Part shown: positions 52,160-64,000 of the stretch, piece after piece
Layout of the letters: every line of letters begins with the position of its first letter
Numbering within the stretch: the stretch's first letter is position 1
Translations under genes and position numbers: made by a program
The notes under the pieces: generated by a model
The model's database searches: none
Told to the model about the DNA's origin: nothing
What the model saw: the letters and a program-made list of their open reading frames with translations, nothing else
Source of the DNA: Octopus bimaculoides
Taxonomy: Eukaryota
Direction: 5' to 3'
NCBI RefSeq assembly: GCF_001194135.2
Contig: NC_068981.1
Coordinates: forward strand, 2,202,665-2,266,664
Length of the DNA: 64,000 bases

Positions 52160-55100
52160 GTACCCCCTGACTGGCTCCCATGCCGGTAGCAAGTAAAAAG
52201 CACTATCCGAACATGATCGATGCCAGGCCCACCTGACTGGTTCCCATGCCAGTGGCACGTAAAAAGCACCCACTACATTCTAGGAGGGGTTGGCGTTAGG
52301 AAGGACATCCAGCTGTAGAAACACTGCCAGATCAGATTGGAGCCTGGTGTAGCCATCTGGTTTCACCAGTCCTCAGTCAAACTGTCAAACCCATGCTAGC
52401 ATGGAAAACGGACGTTAAACGATGATGAAACAAAAAAGCATGCAGTTCCCTTCTATCAGATCTGATGATAAAACTTTGGTCATAGTAGAAAACATTTGCT
52501 AAAAGGTGTTGCACAGTGGGACTGAACCTGAAACCACACAGTTGGGAAGCAAACTTCTTAACCACATAGCCACACCTCCCTATTAATTCAGTAATTTTTC
52601 ACAGTTTCTTGAAAATATGCATTTAAACTCCATTTTTACTGAGTCATTCCTAACTGGAAGTTGACTTTTAAACCAAAACAATGATAACGGATTTTCTTTT
52701 TTTTGCACTGAGTCAGCAAAACCAGGTGACCACCACCATCAACCCTGTTGTATAGATTGATATGATAGGTCCTTTCCAGCCAGCAGCCAATCACCAATTT
52801 CTATCTGCAGTTACTTTGTTGATAAGGTTTATCATTCAGAAATATTCTAACATGGCCACAGATCAAACACTGACACCAACCAGCACAAGACATCCAGTGC
52901 AAACAAAATAGGTTTCTCTTATCTTTTATTTCTTTAAATCATTAGACTGAGGCCATACTGGGGCACCACCTTGAAGGGTTTTATCCAAATCAGCCTCAGT
53001 ACTTTCTTTTTTCTTTCTTTTAAGTCTGGTACTTATTCTATTGCTTTAATTTGCTGAACTCCAAAGTTATGGGATGCAAATAAACCAACACTAGTTTGTC
53101 ACACAGTGGGTGAGGGTACAAACACACATATATACATAAACAACAGGCTTCCACACAGTTTCTGTCTTCCAAATTCACTCCCTAGGCATTGATGGATCCA
53201 GGGCTATAATAGAAGACATTTGCTCAAGGTGTTGCAACGTGGGACTGAACCTGAAACCCCATGGTTGAAAAGCAAGCATCTTAACCACATAGCCATGTTT
53301 ATTGATATTAAATATGATTTAAGTAATTATGAAAATCAAGAAATATTAACTGTAAGAGAAAAAAAATAATAATAACTGGCAGTGGAGTTAAAGCTCATTT
53401 TGCAACCAGGGGTTTCAGGTTCAATACCACAGTACAGCATCTTGGACAAGTGTCTACTAAGGCCTCAAAATGATCAACGCCTTGTGAGTGAATATGGAAG
53501 ATGGAAATTGTGTGAAAGCCTGTTTTCTGTGTGTGCATGTGTGTGCACATGCACGTGTGTGTGTGTGTCACCAGTGCTCGACAACTAATATTTGTTTGTT
53601 TACAGCCCAGTAATTTAGCAGTTCAGCAAAAGAGCCTGATATAATAAGCAAAAGACTTAAAAACAGAACAAAGTCCTGGGGTCGATTTGCACGACTAAAT
53701 CCCTTCAATACAGTGCCCTTGCATGGTTGCAGTTCAATAAATGAAACAACAGTAAAGCAATATAAGGAAAAACATTTTTTTATAGTCAAATGTTAGTTTT
53801 AACATACAATAATTCTAAGTCAGGTGACAACTTTCCTACCAATAGGAATCCTTGTTAGAGCTTCTCCCCCCCCCCTTATTTAGATAAGATTACTATGACT
53901 ATCCTAGCAATGACCACAAATACAAGTACATTTGCTACAGTTTTAGGCCTTGAGAATCTCTGGTATTATGATTAGAATATTTCAAACAATGTGGTTCCAT
54001 TGTCCAAACTCTGGGTTTCCACATTCTCAAAGCATGTCAAAATACGAGACTAAAGTTATCGATACAAAGAATTTGGAATATTTTAGCAAAGCTTATTAAA
54101 ATATTTCCGAATTAATAAACCCTTCTGTTTCACATTCTCCACGCTCTGGGTCTCCCCAGTGCCGCAGTCTCAAAGCAAAATATGACCAACCAAAGTAGTC
54201 AAGACAAAGAATCTGGAATATTTTAGCCAAGCTTACTCGGCTGTCGTCACCAGTTAGTATCTATTTAAGGTTAATAAAAGTCAAATTGGTGAATAGGAGA
54301 AATACCAAACAACTAAGCTATTTTAATAGGAAAGGGAAATAAAGATATAGTGAATAGCAAATGCAGACTATTACTCATTTCGTGTACAATTGGGACGAGA
54401 AATTAAAACAGGTTTTGAAAGGCCGAGTTTTGTGCAAAACAATGTCATTTTCTATGTACAGTAGTAGACTTTTAAAGAAATCTTTGCAAATTAAATTATC
54501 CATCAAAGTCTGCATTGCTTTTCGATATGTGCAGGCGTGGCTGTGAGGTTAAGCAGCTTCTCTTGCAACCATGTGGCTTCAGGATCAGTCCTACTGCGCA
54601 GCACCTTGGGCGAGAGTTTTCTGCTTTGACCCTGGGTCAATTAATGCCTTGTGCGTGTGAATCCAATAGATGGAAACTGTGTGGAAACCTGTCATGTGTT
54701 CATGTAGTGGTGGGGGAATGGCTTTGTGACTTGTTTGTCCGCTCCCTCTCCCTAGACAACTGGTGTTGGTTTTTGGGGTTTTTTATGCCTCATAACTTAA
54801 TAGTGATGGCAAAAATATAAATATTCCAGCTATACCAAAAGGATTCAACAAAACTACAACTCTTTCCTCCACCTCAATCAATACATTGACAACTACAGTA
54901 ATTAAAGCTAATTACCAATCACAACCACAGCCAGCTCCTGTGGACTGAAAGAAAATAATCATCATCATCATCATTTAACATTCACTTTTCCATGCTTGCA
55001 TTGGTCAGACAGAGGCAGATTTTTTGTGAGGATGCCTTTCCTGTCACCAACCCTCACTTTTATTCAAGCAAGGTAATATTTCTCCATGGTCAGATACGTT

Positions 55101-58100
55101 TTTTTATGGAAAACTAGAAATAAACAACAATGCTTGTATGACGGTGATGCTCGTTTACAACCATCACATGATGTCAGAACAAGAGCACACACAGAGACAT
55201 CGATATATATACACACACATACACGCATACACAATGGTCTTCTTTCAGTTTCTGTCTACAAAGCCACTCACAAGGCTTTAGTTAGCCTTAGTTAGTCAAC
55301 TGTTCAAGACCCTTGTCCAAAATACCAAGCTACGAGACTGAACCCAAAACCCAACGGTTGGAAAGCAAACTTCTTAGCCACACTTCCAAACTCAAAATTT
55401 ATCTTTCATACTTGATACAATTTCTAAAAGAAGATAAGAGATTATCCCAGCACACAGTTGTTGATGTTTCAGCAATTGCTTATCAAAATTAATATAGATT
55501 AGACACATGTTCTCGTTAATATTTGTCTTTGTTAAGTCATTAACAATTGTTTCACATAATTTCTTAATCTGTCTATACACAATTCAGCATTAATCCAACT
55601 AATTCTACCTATTGGTTTTCACAGAACACCAATAGGTAAAACAACCAAATACTTGAAAAGCAATCGTTAATTCAAACCTTTTCCCCAATTACAAGTCGAC
55701 AACCACCAAAAATATAATATATATCATCATCATCATCGTTTAATGTCCGCTTTCCATGCTGGCATGGGTTGGATGATCTGACTGAGGGCTGGAAAGCCAG
55801 AAGGCTGCACCAGGCTCCAATCTGATCTGGCAATGTTTCTACAGCTGAATGCCCTTATCAACGCCAACCACTCCAAGAGTGTAGTGGGTCCTTTTTATGT
55901 GTCACTGGCACGAGGGCCAGTCAGGCAGCACTGGCATCGACCACACTCTAATGGTACTTTTTACGTGCTACCTGTAAGGGACCAGTCAGCTGGAACTAAC
56001 ATCGACTACACTCAAATGGTGTTTTTTACATGCCACCAGCATGGGACCAATCAGGTGGCACTGGCATTGACCACATTCAAATGGTGCATTTTACCTGCCA
56101 CCAGCACGGGTGCCAGTCAGGCGGTACTGTCATTGGCCACGACAATGACTTCACTTGCCTCAACAGGTCTTCACAAGCGCAGTTTATTGCCCAATGATTG
56201 AAGGGTACTCTTGAATGGGCTGGTTATGCTGCATTGTCATAAGCCAAGGTTACAGTTTCACTTGGCTTGCCGGGTCTTCTCAAGCACAGCATATTTCCAT
56301 ATATCTCTATATATAGGGACGAGGTGGTGAAGCATAACCTTCAAACACTAGGCCCCATGGAGGCAATGTCAAGTTGCCAAGAACTGGCCAATATGCTGTG
56401 CTTAAGAAGACTCATCAAGCCAAGTAAAACCACTGTTGTGGCCATTACCACTGTCATATAAATGGCACCCCTGAAATCGTAGTCATAGCCATTACCAGTG
56501 TCATGTAAATAGCACGCATGCCGGTGGCACATAAAAAGCACCCATTACACTCGCAGAGTGGTTGGCATTAGGAAGGGCATCCAGCCATAGAAACCATGCC
56601 AAATTAGACAGGAACCTGGTGCAGCCCTCCAGCTTATCAGTTCCAGTCAAACCACCTAATCCATGCCAGCATGGAGAGCAGACATTAAGTGATGATAAAT
56701 ATTTATTCTTCAAGAGGCACAGGAATGGCTACATGGATAAAGAGCCTGATTTCTAATCATGTTGTCTTGGAGTTAGTTCAACTGTGCATTGCCTTGGGAA
56801 AGTGTCTTCTACTATTTATTACCCCAGGCTAACTGAAGCCATATGAGTGAATTTGGTAGACAGAAACTGAAAGAAGCCCATTGAGTGTGTGTGTACCTTT
56901 GTCTAGACATAATGTGATGTTTATAAATGAGCATCACTGTCATACAAGCGAGCTGCTTCTTACCATTTTCCAGAAAAATCATATCAAACTTTGGCTAAGT
57001 ATTACATTGCTTGAAAACAGGTGAGGGTTGGTGGCAGGAAGAGGACCCAGTCTGCTTGACCCATGCAAGCATGGAAAAGTGGAGTTAAAACAATGATGGT
57101 AATATGATGAAATATATGTATATTGGTATATTTATGAATTACCACAAAAATAAATAAGTTACATGTATTAAGTAGAAAATAGTTGACATTTGTAGAAAGC
57201 CATTTTGGCTAAATACAATATGGAAGATTCAGCCTTTCCCCTAGAGAATAACTGAAGTGAGACAGTTTTAACAGGAATCAAATCCAGCTCAGACTTTATA
57301 TTTCTTTTTGATACCAACACCCCTCCTCCAACTGCTTCAGGTTCTGTGATACAAACTGTGTTTTGAAGCTTCTAATTAATTAAGATTCCAAACAATGGCA
57401 GTGACTTGACTGGAGTCTTCGTTATTTTCAAAATTAATTGAAACAAAAGCAGAAATTTTCATCAGAAACCTAACAAAAGGGTTGGACACATCCACAATTA
57501 GCTGATATTAAAACTTTTAATTATTCTGGTTTGTAACAAGACAAAAGTATATTGTGATCAAATTAAGTAAATTTAACCATTTAGTTACCATATTTGTGCT
57601 GAAAATACATTGCCTTTGTTTCAATTAATTTAGAAACTAATGAAAAATTTAGTAAAATAGCTATCCTAATTAAGCTGGTATATGGAACATAAATTAACAC
57701 AAAACTTCAATGGAAGGTTTTAATTTAGATCATTTAACTCTTTAGCATTTAAACCAACCATATCCAGTCCAAATTATCTGTTTTGTATTCTAACTGGCCA
57801 GAATCAACCTCTCATATGTACCTGACAATGTCATTCTCAAAATAAACAATTATATCATCAAAATCTCAAATCTACGAGAAAATGCATGATAAATTCAAAA
57901 CTAATGTGAAATAAGCACAAGATTTGACAATAATCTGAATGCTAAACAGTTAAAATAGGAAGTTTGTATTAGAGAAAGAGGAACAGTTTCAGGTGTGTTG
58001 ATATCAAAAGGGTTAAACTCTTTTACTTGTTTCAGTCATTTGACTGTGGCCATGCTGGAGCACCGCCTTTAGTCGAGCAAATCGACCCCAGGACTTATTC

Positions 58101-58237
58101 TTTGTAAGCCTGGTACTTATTCTATCAGTCTCTTTTGCCGAACCGCTAAGTTACGGGGACATAAACACACCAGCATCAGTTGTCAAGCGATGTTGGGGGG
58201 ACAAACAGACATGGAAACACATACATATATATATATG

Positions 58238-58269
<32 letters not shown>

Positions 58270-59257
58270 TATATACACACACATACATATATACACACAC
58301 ACACATACATATACACACACACACACATACATATACACACACACATACATACATATACACACACACATACATACATATACACACACACATACATATACAC
58401 ACACACACACATACATACATATATATACACACACANNNNNNNNNNNNNNNNNNNNNNNNNNNNNNNNNNNNNNNNNNNNNNNNNNNNNNNNNNNNNNNNN
58501 NNNNNNNNNNNNNNNNNNNNNNNNNNNNNNNNNNNNNNNNNNNNNNNNNNNNNNNNNNNNNNNNNNNNNNNNNNNNNNNNNNNNNNNNNNNNNNNNNNNN
58601 NNNNNNNNNNNNNNNNNNNNNNNNNNNNNNNNNNNNNNNNNNNNNNNNNNNNNNNNNNNNNNNNNNNNNNNNNNNNNNNNNNNNNNNNNNNNNNNNNNNN
58701 NNNNNNNNNNNNNNNNNNNNNNNNNNNNNNNNNNNNNNNNNNNNNNNNNNNNNNNNNNNNNNNNNNNNNNNNNNNNNNNNNNNNNNNNNNNNNNNNNNNN
58801 NNNNNNNNNNNNNNNNNNNNNNNNNNNNNNNNNNNNNNNNNNNNNNNNNNNNNNNNNNNNNNNNNNNNNNNNNNNNNNNNNNNNNNNNNNNNNNNNNNNN
58901 NNNNNNNNNNNNNNNNNNNNNNNNNNNNNNNNNNNNNNNNNNNNNNNNNNNNNNNNNNNNNNNNNNNNNNNNNNNNNNNNNNNNNNNNNNNNNNNNNNNN
59001 NNNNNNNNNNNNNNNNNNNNNNNNNNNNNNNNNNNNNNNNNNNNNNNNNNNNNNNNNNNNNNNNNNNNNNNNNNNNNNNNNNNNNNNNNNNNNNNNNNNN
59101 NNNNNNNNNNNNNNNNNNNNNNNNNNNNNNNNNNNNNNNNNNNNNNNNNNNNNNNNNNNNNNNNNNNNNNNNNNNNNNNNNNNNNNNNNNNNNNNNNNNN
59201 NNNNNNNNNNNNNNNNNNNNNNNNNNNNNNNATACATATATATACACACACACACAC

Positions 59258-59288
<31 letters not shown>

Positions 59289-59347
59289 CACACACACACA
59301 CATACATATACACACACACACATATATATACACACACACACACATAC

Positions 59348-59389
<42 letters not shown>

Positions 59390-60169
59390 CGGGCTCGTTT
59401 CAGTTTCCGTCTACCAAATCCACTCACAAGGCTTTGGTCAGCCCGAGGCTATAATAGAAGACACTTGCCCAAGGTGCCACGCAATGGGACTGAACCCGGA
59501 ACCATGTGGTTGGTAAGCAAGCTACTTACCACACAGCCACTCCGGCGCTTAGTGCATTTATCTTAAATTCCAATTGTCTTTACAATAACGAATCTACAAA
59601 AGTTTGCTAAGGTACAAACCATCCAATCCATGCCAGCATGGATTGGATGATTAACTTGGCTTTTAAGTGATCTATATTAAAGACATCCATCAAAATTTCA
59701 TGTTAATTTATGTTCCTAACACCAGCTTAATGACAAACATTTCGTTAAATTCTCAAAATAGATTGAAATAAAAGCAGTGCATTTCAGCAGAAATACAGAA
59801 ACATTAAAAAGAAACCCATAACACTTCTCTTCTAGACTGGAGTAGTTATAGGTTAAGGATTATAGATGAAGTGACATAGATTACAATAATCATTCGCCGG
59901 ATTGTGGTTCACTTAATGCGCCCTCTGTACATCGTGGATTCTTTTGGCTAATATATACTCCTTTACTACTTTACTTGTTTCAGTCATTTGACTGTGGCCA
60001 TGCTGGAGCACCGCCTTTAGTCGAGCAAATCGACCCCAGGACTTATTCTTTGGAAGCCTAGTACTTATTCTATCAGTCTCTTTTGCTGTACTACTAAGTT
60101 ACAGGGACGTAAACACACCAGCATCAGTTGTCAAGCGAAGTTGGGAGGGACAAACACAGACACAAACAT

Positions 60170-60251
<82 letters not shown>

Positions 60252-60428
60252 GACAGGCTTCTTTCAGTTTCCGTCTACCAAATCCACTCACGAGACTTTG
60301 GTCAGCCCAAGGCTATAGTAGAAGACACTTGCCCAAGGTGCCACACAGTGGGACTGAACCTGGAACCATGTGGTTGGTAAGCAAGCTACTTACTACACAG
60401 CCACTCCTGCACCTATGTAAATTTATGC

Positions 60429-60812
60429 TGCAGACTCCTCAGTATATCACAGGTTTCTGCAGCCGATAGGTGTTTATATTTTTTTAGATCTTAATTATGT
60501 CTGTGGTAAAATAAGCATTTTCACACCTAAAAATTAATAAATAAAAATACATCACAGTACTGCACTGTATAACACATTAATTAAAATATATAAAAAGAAA
60601 ATGCATAGTGTACCGTAGATGATTAACAAAAAATCACACATACTGAATGAAAAATGAAACTCGGGAGGTGGGTGTGGTGTTGTTTGGCTTTTATAATAAA
60701 ATAAATATATACAAATTATAAAAATATACAGTACTGTTTCTACTTGGCAGATTTTCACTTATCGCGGAGACTTTTGGAATGTGATGTACGTGATAGTCGA
60801 GGGAATATTGTA
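60429..60812. mobile_element. Tigger/pogo-like MITE; second partial copy at about 32830-33000
   Basis: Shared end ...cgcgatagtcgagggattactgTA, the reverse complement of a Tigger-type CAGTAATCCCTCG terminus, at two loci. Confidence 0.5.
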
Positions 60813-63104
60813 TATGTGACTACAGGGGGACAGTGATAAAATGTGGGATTATAGAGTGAGCGATTATATATGGTATTATAAGGGGCAGCAATTATATATA
60901 CATGACCTTGGAAGTGAGAATTATGATATTAGAGTTCAACTGGGTCCTATATGACCCCTGGAGATCCATATAAAATTGTGATGAGTTTATGCAAGCAAAA
61001 TAGTAATTTGGAGGCCTACAGCAGAATATTAAGGGTCCATGAAAAATTTTGATTTAGATTTGTTTATTGCAGGAAATATCTAAGTTTCTTTCTCAAATAT
61101 TTTACAAAGTTCAACCTACACAAGTTAATGTGTAAAAAACAAAATAGAAATTTTGAAAGAAATGCACACAGCAGACTTCCACACAGTTTCCATCTACCAA
61201 ATTCATTCACAAAGGTCATGCTTACAGTAGAAGGCACTTGCCCAAAGTGTGGCACAATGGGACTGAGGAACCGATCTTTTCTCCAGGTTCAGCAAGTAAA
61301 AAAAAAGCCTTATTTGTCAAAATGAACGTAAATAACCAGCATGTTTCAGCTGATCACAAAAGAAGGACTGGGACAGACATTTTTAGGGTAACACATGAAG
61401 ATTAGAAAGTGTACTGATACCAACTGCCAACAAAATAATAATGGTTTTAAATTTTGGCACAAGGCCAGCAATTTCAGGAGAGATCGGAGGTGGGGTAAGT
61501 TAATTACATCAACCTGGGTGCTCAACTGGTACTCATTTGACCAAACTCAAAACAATGAAAGGCAAAGTCAACCTTGATGGAATTTCATCTCAGAACACAA
61601 AAACCATTTTGTCCAACACATTAATAATTCTTCCAAGTTGCTGTCTTAATAATTGTTTCAGATTTTGGCACAACAAGGCCAGTAATTTTAAGGAGAGGAG
61701 GTTAGTTGATTACATTGACCCAAGTACTCAACTGGTACTTTATCAACCTTGAAAGGATGAAAGGAAAAGCTGATCTCAACTGTATTTGGATTCAGAATAT
61801 AAGGAGCTGAGAGACGTGCGACTAAGCGTTTCTTCTGAGGTGCTAATGATTCTGGCCAGCTCTCCACTTTAATCATCATCATCATCGTTTAACGTCCGTT
61901 TTCCATGCTGGTATGGGTTGGACAGTTTGACTGAGGACTGGACCAGGCTCCAATCTGATTCGGCCGTGTTTCTACAGCTGGATGCCCTTCTTAATGCCAA
62001 CTACTCCAAGAGTGTAGTGGGTGGTCTTTACATGCCACTGGCACAGGAGTCAGTCAGACAGGCCTGGCATCAATCACGTTCGGATGGTGCCTTTTACGTG
62101 CCACCGGCATGATAATAATAATAATAACAATTCTACTTTTTTTGCACTTTGGTTTGTGCATCTGTGAATAATCTAAGAAGGGGAAAAAAAGAAAAAACAA
62201 AGAACATGATAATTTGTCATGATTTTAGTCAGAGCCACATCAAGTAAGAAGTCTATGATGAAAAGATTCAACACAGAGTCTCAGACTAGCAATGTGCTTT
62301 GACATTCAGACTGAACATTCTTCAACAAAACATGTCACATTCAGAACAGCAATGTCAATTCTGCTGCTTACTGCACTCAAATATAACATGAACCGCATAA
62401 GTTATTCTTCTTAACCAAATATTTTTTTTTTGCTTTTTATTATTTGGTAAAAATGGTGCTATCAGAAGCTTCCACCAGATTGTCAATAGCAAGATACAGT
62501 TGTTTATTCTTGTCACTCTCAGAAACCTAAGACTTTCAGTTTGCCTTCTTCATAAAAACCTAAACTACATCCTATTCAATACAACTGCCTCATACTAACT
62601 TCCCTATAAATCTGGGCCTTATAATTGGCATCGTTAATATCTGTAATTTCTCGACCCCAGGGTATCCTTTTTATGTGTGAAAGCTCGTAATTTAGAATAC
62701 TCATTTCCTTAACAACCCAAGTAAATATTTTATAATGCTTATTTTGTTCGTATCAAATCCACTCCCAAGGCTTTGGTCAGCCTGGAGCTACAGTAAAAGA
62801 AACTGACCTAAGGTGCTGTGCAGTGGGGACCAAATCTCTACTGCATGGCACCTGGGTCAAATGTCATCTGCTATAGAGCCTCAAGCTGACCAATGCTTTG
62901 CAAGTGGACTTTGTAGACAGAAACTGTGTGGTAAGTTCATCGTATGTGTGTGAAAATATATATATATAGGCGTGGCTGTGTGGTAAGAAGCTTGCTGTCA
63001 ACCACATGGTTCCGGGTTCATTCCCACTGCATGGCACCTTGGGCAAATGTCATTAACTGTAGCCTCGGGCCGAGTGGATTTGGTAAACAGAAACTGAAAG
63101 CCCA

Positions 63105-63188
<84 letters not shown>

Positions 63189-64000
63189 GCATGTATTTGT
63201 GTTTGTCTCCCCACCATCGCTTGACAACCAATGTTGGTGTATTTATGTCCCCGTAATTTAGTGGTTCAGCAAAAGTGACTGATAGAATAAGTACTAGGCT
63301 TACAAAGAACAAGTCCTGGGGTCGACTTGTTCGACTAAAGGTGGTGCTCCAGCATCGCCACAGTCAAATGATTGACACAAGTGAAAGAATATATTTATAT
63401 ATGTATATAATCATCATCATCATCGTTTAACATCCGTTTTCCATGCTGGCATGGGTTGGACAGTTTGACTGGGGACTGGCAAGCCAGGAGGCTGCACCAG
63501 GCTCCAAGTAGAGAGGGTTAAAATCCAAGCTGTGTCCTCTTGAAGAACATCTGCTTATTCCATTATTCCAATTTCATATGTAGAGATCATATTTATACAA
63601 GGTATGCATTCATCATCGTTTAACATCCACTTTCCATGCCGGCATGGGTTAGACAATTTGACAGAAACTGGTAAGCCAAAGAGAGCTGCACCAGGTTCCA
63701 ATCTGACTTGGCATGGTTTCTATGGCTGGATACCCTACCTAACGCCAACCACTCCAAGAGTGTAATAGGTGCCAGTCACATGGCACTGGCATCGGCCACA
63801 ACTAAGATTTCACTTGGCTTGACAAGTCTCCTCAAGCACAGCATATCGCCAAAGGTCTTGGCTGGAAATATCATTTTCAGAATAACTATATATCAAAACA
63901 AGAAATAGGAAACACTCTTTGGTATTATTTATTCACCATTACACATGTTCCATTTGCTAATAGGAGTAACAAAATTGTACATGCAGTAGAAAACATGTAA

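Noticed and set aside
55850-56120. Repeat-spacer-like array superficially resembling CRISPR
   Set aside because: Eukaryotic SINE-internal modules, degenerate, with no unique spacers and no cas genes.

Overview
Eukaryotic, AT-rich, repeat-dense draft-assembly DNA with several N gaps. The SINE, microsatellite and MITE content looks like an Octopus genome (inferred from repeat pattern only). The one supportable protein-coding gene is a minus-strand ZNRF1/ZNRF2-type RING E3 ubiquitin ligase. Three small coding exons are visible (33287-33192, 24617-24512, 2133-2076) with 3' UTR toward the window start. The first exon is not seen and probably lies beyond 64000, so nearly the whole window is intron. 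The introns hold several tRNA-derived SINE families, RTE-type LINE fossils, TTAA-flanked piggyBac-like MITEs, an internally deleted Tc1 element, a hAT (Buster/Charlie) transposase fossil and Tigger-like ends. The most notable unexplained signal is a set of minimal type-I hammerhead ribozyme motifs (CUGAUGA...GAAA with palindromic stem III, the dimer-cleaving Penelope/retrozyme type) in at least four unrelated non-coding repeat families. One of these has a tRNA-derived head and inserts as TSD-flanked fold-backs. Repeat coordinates are by-eye estimates; exon and hammerhead coordinates were counted base by base. No database searches were run.
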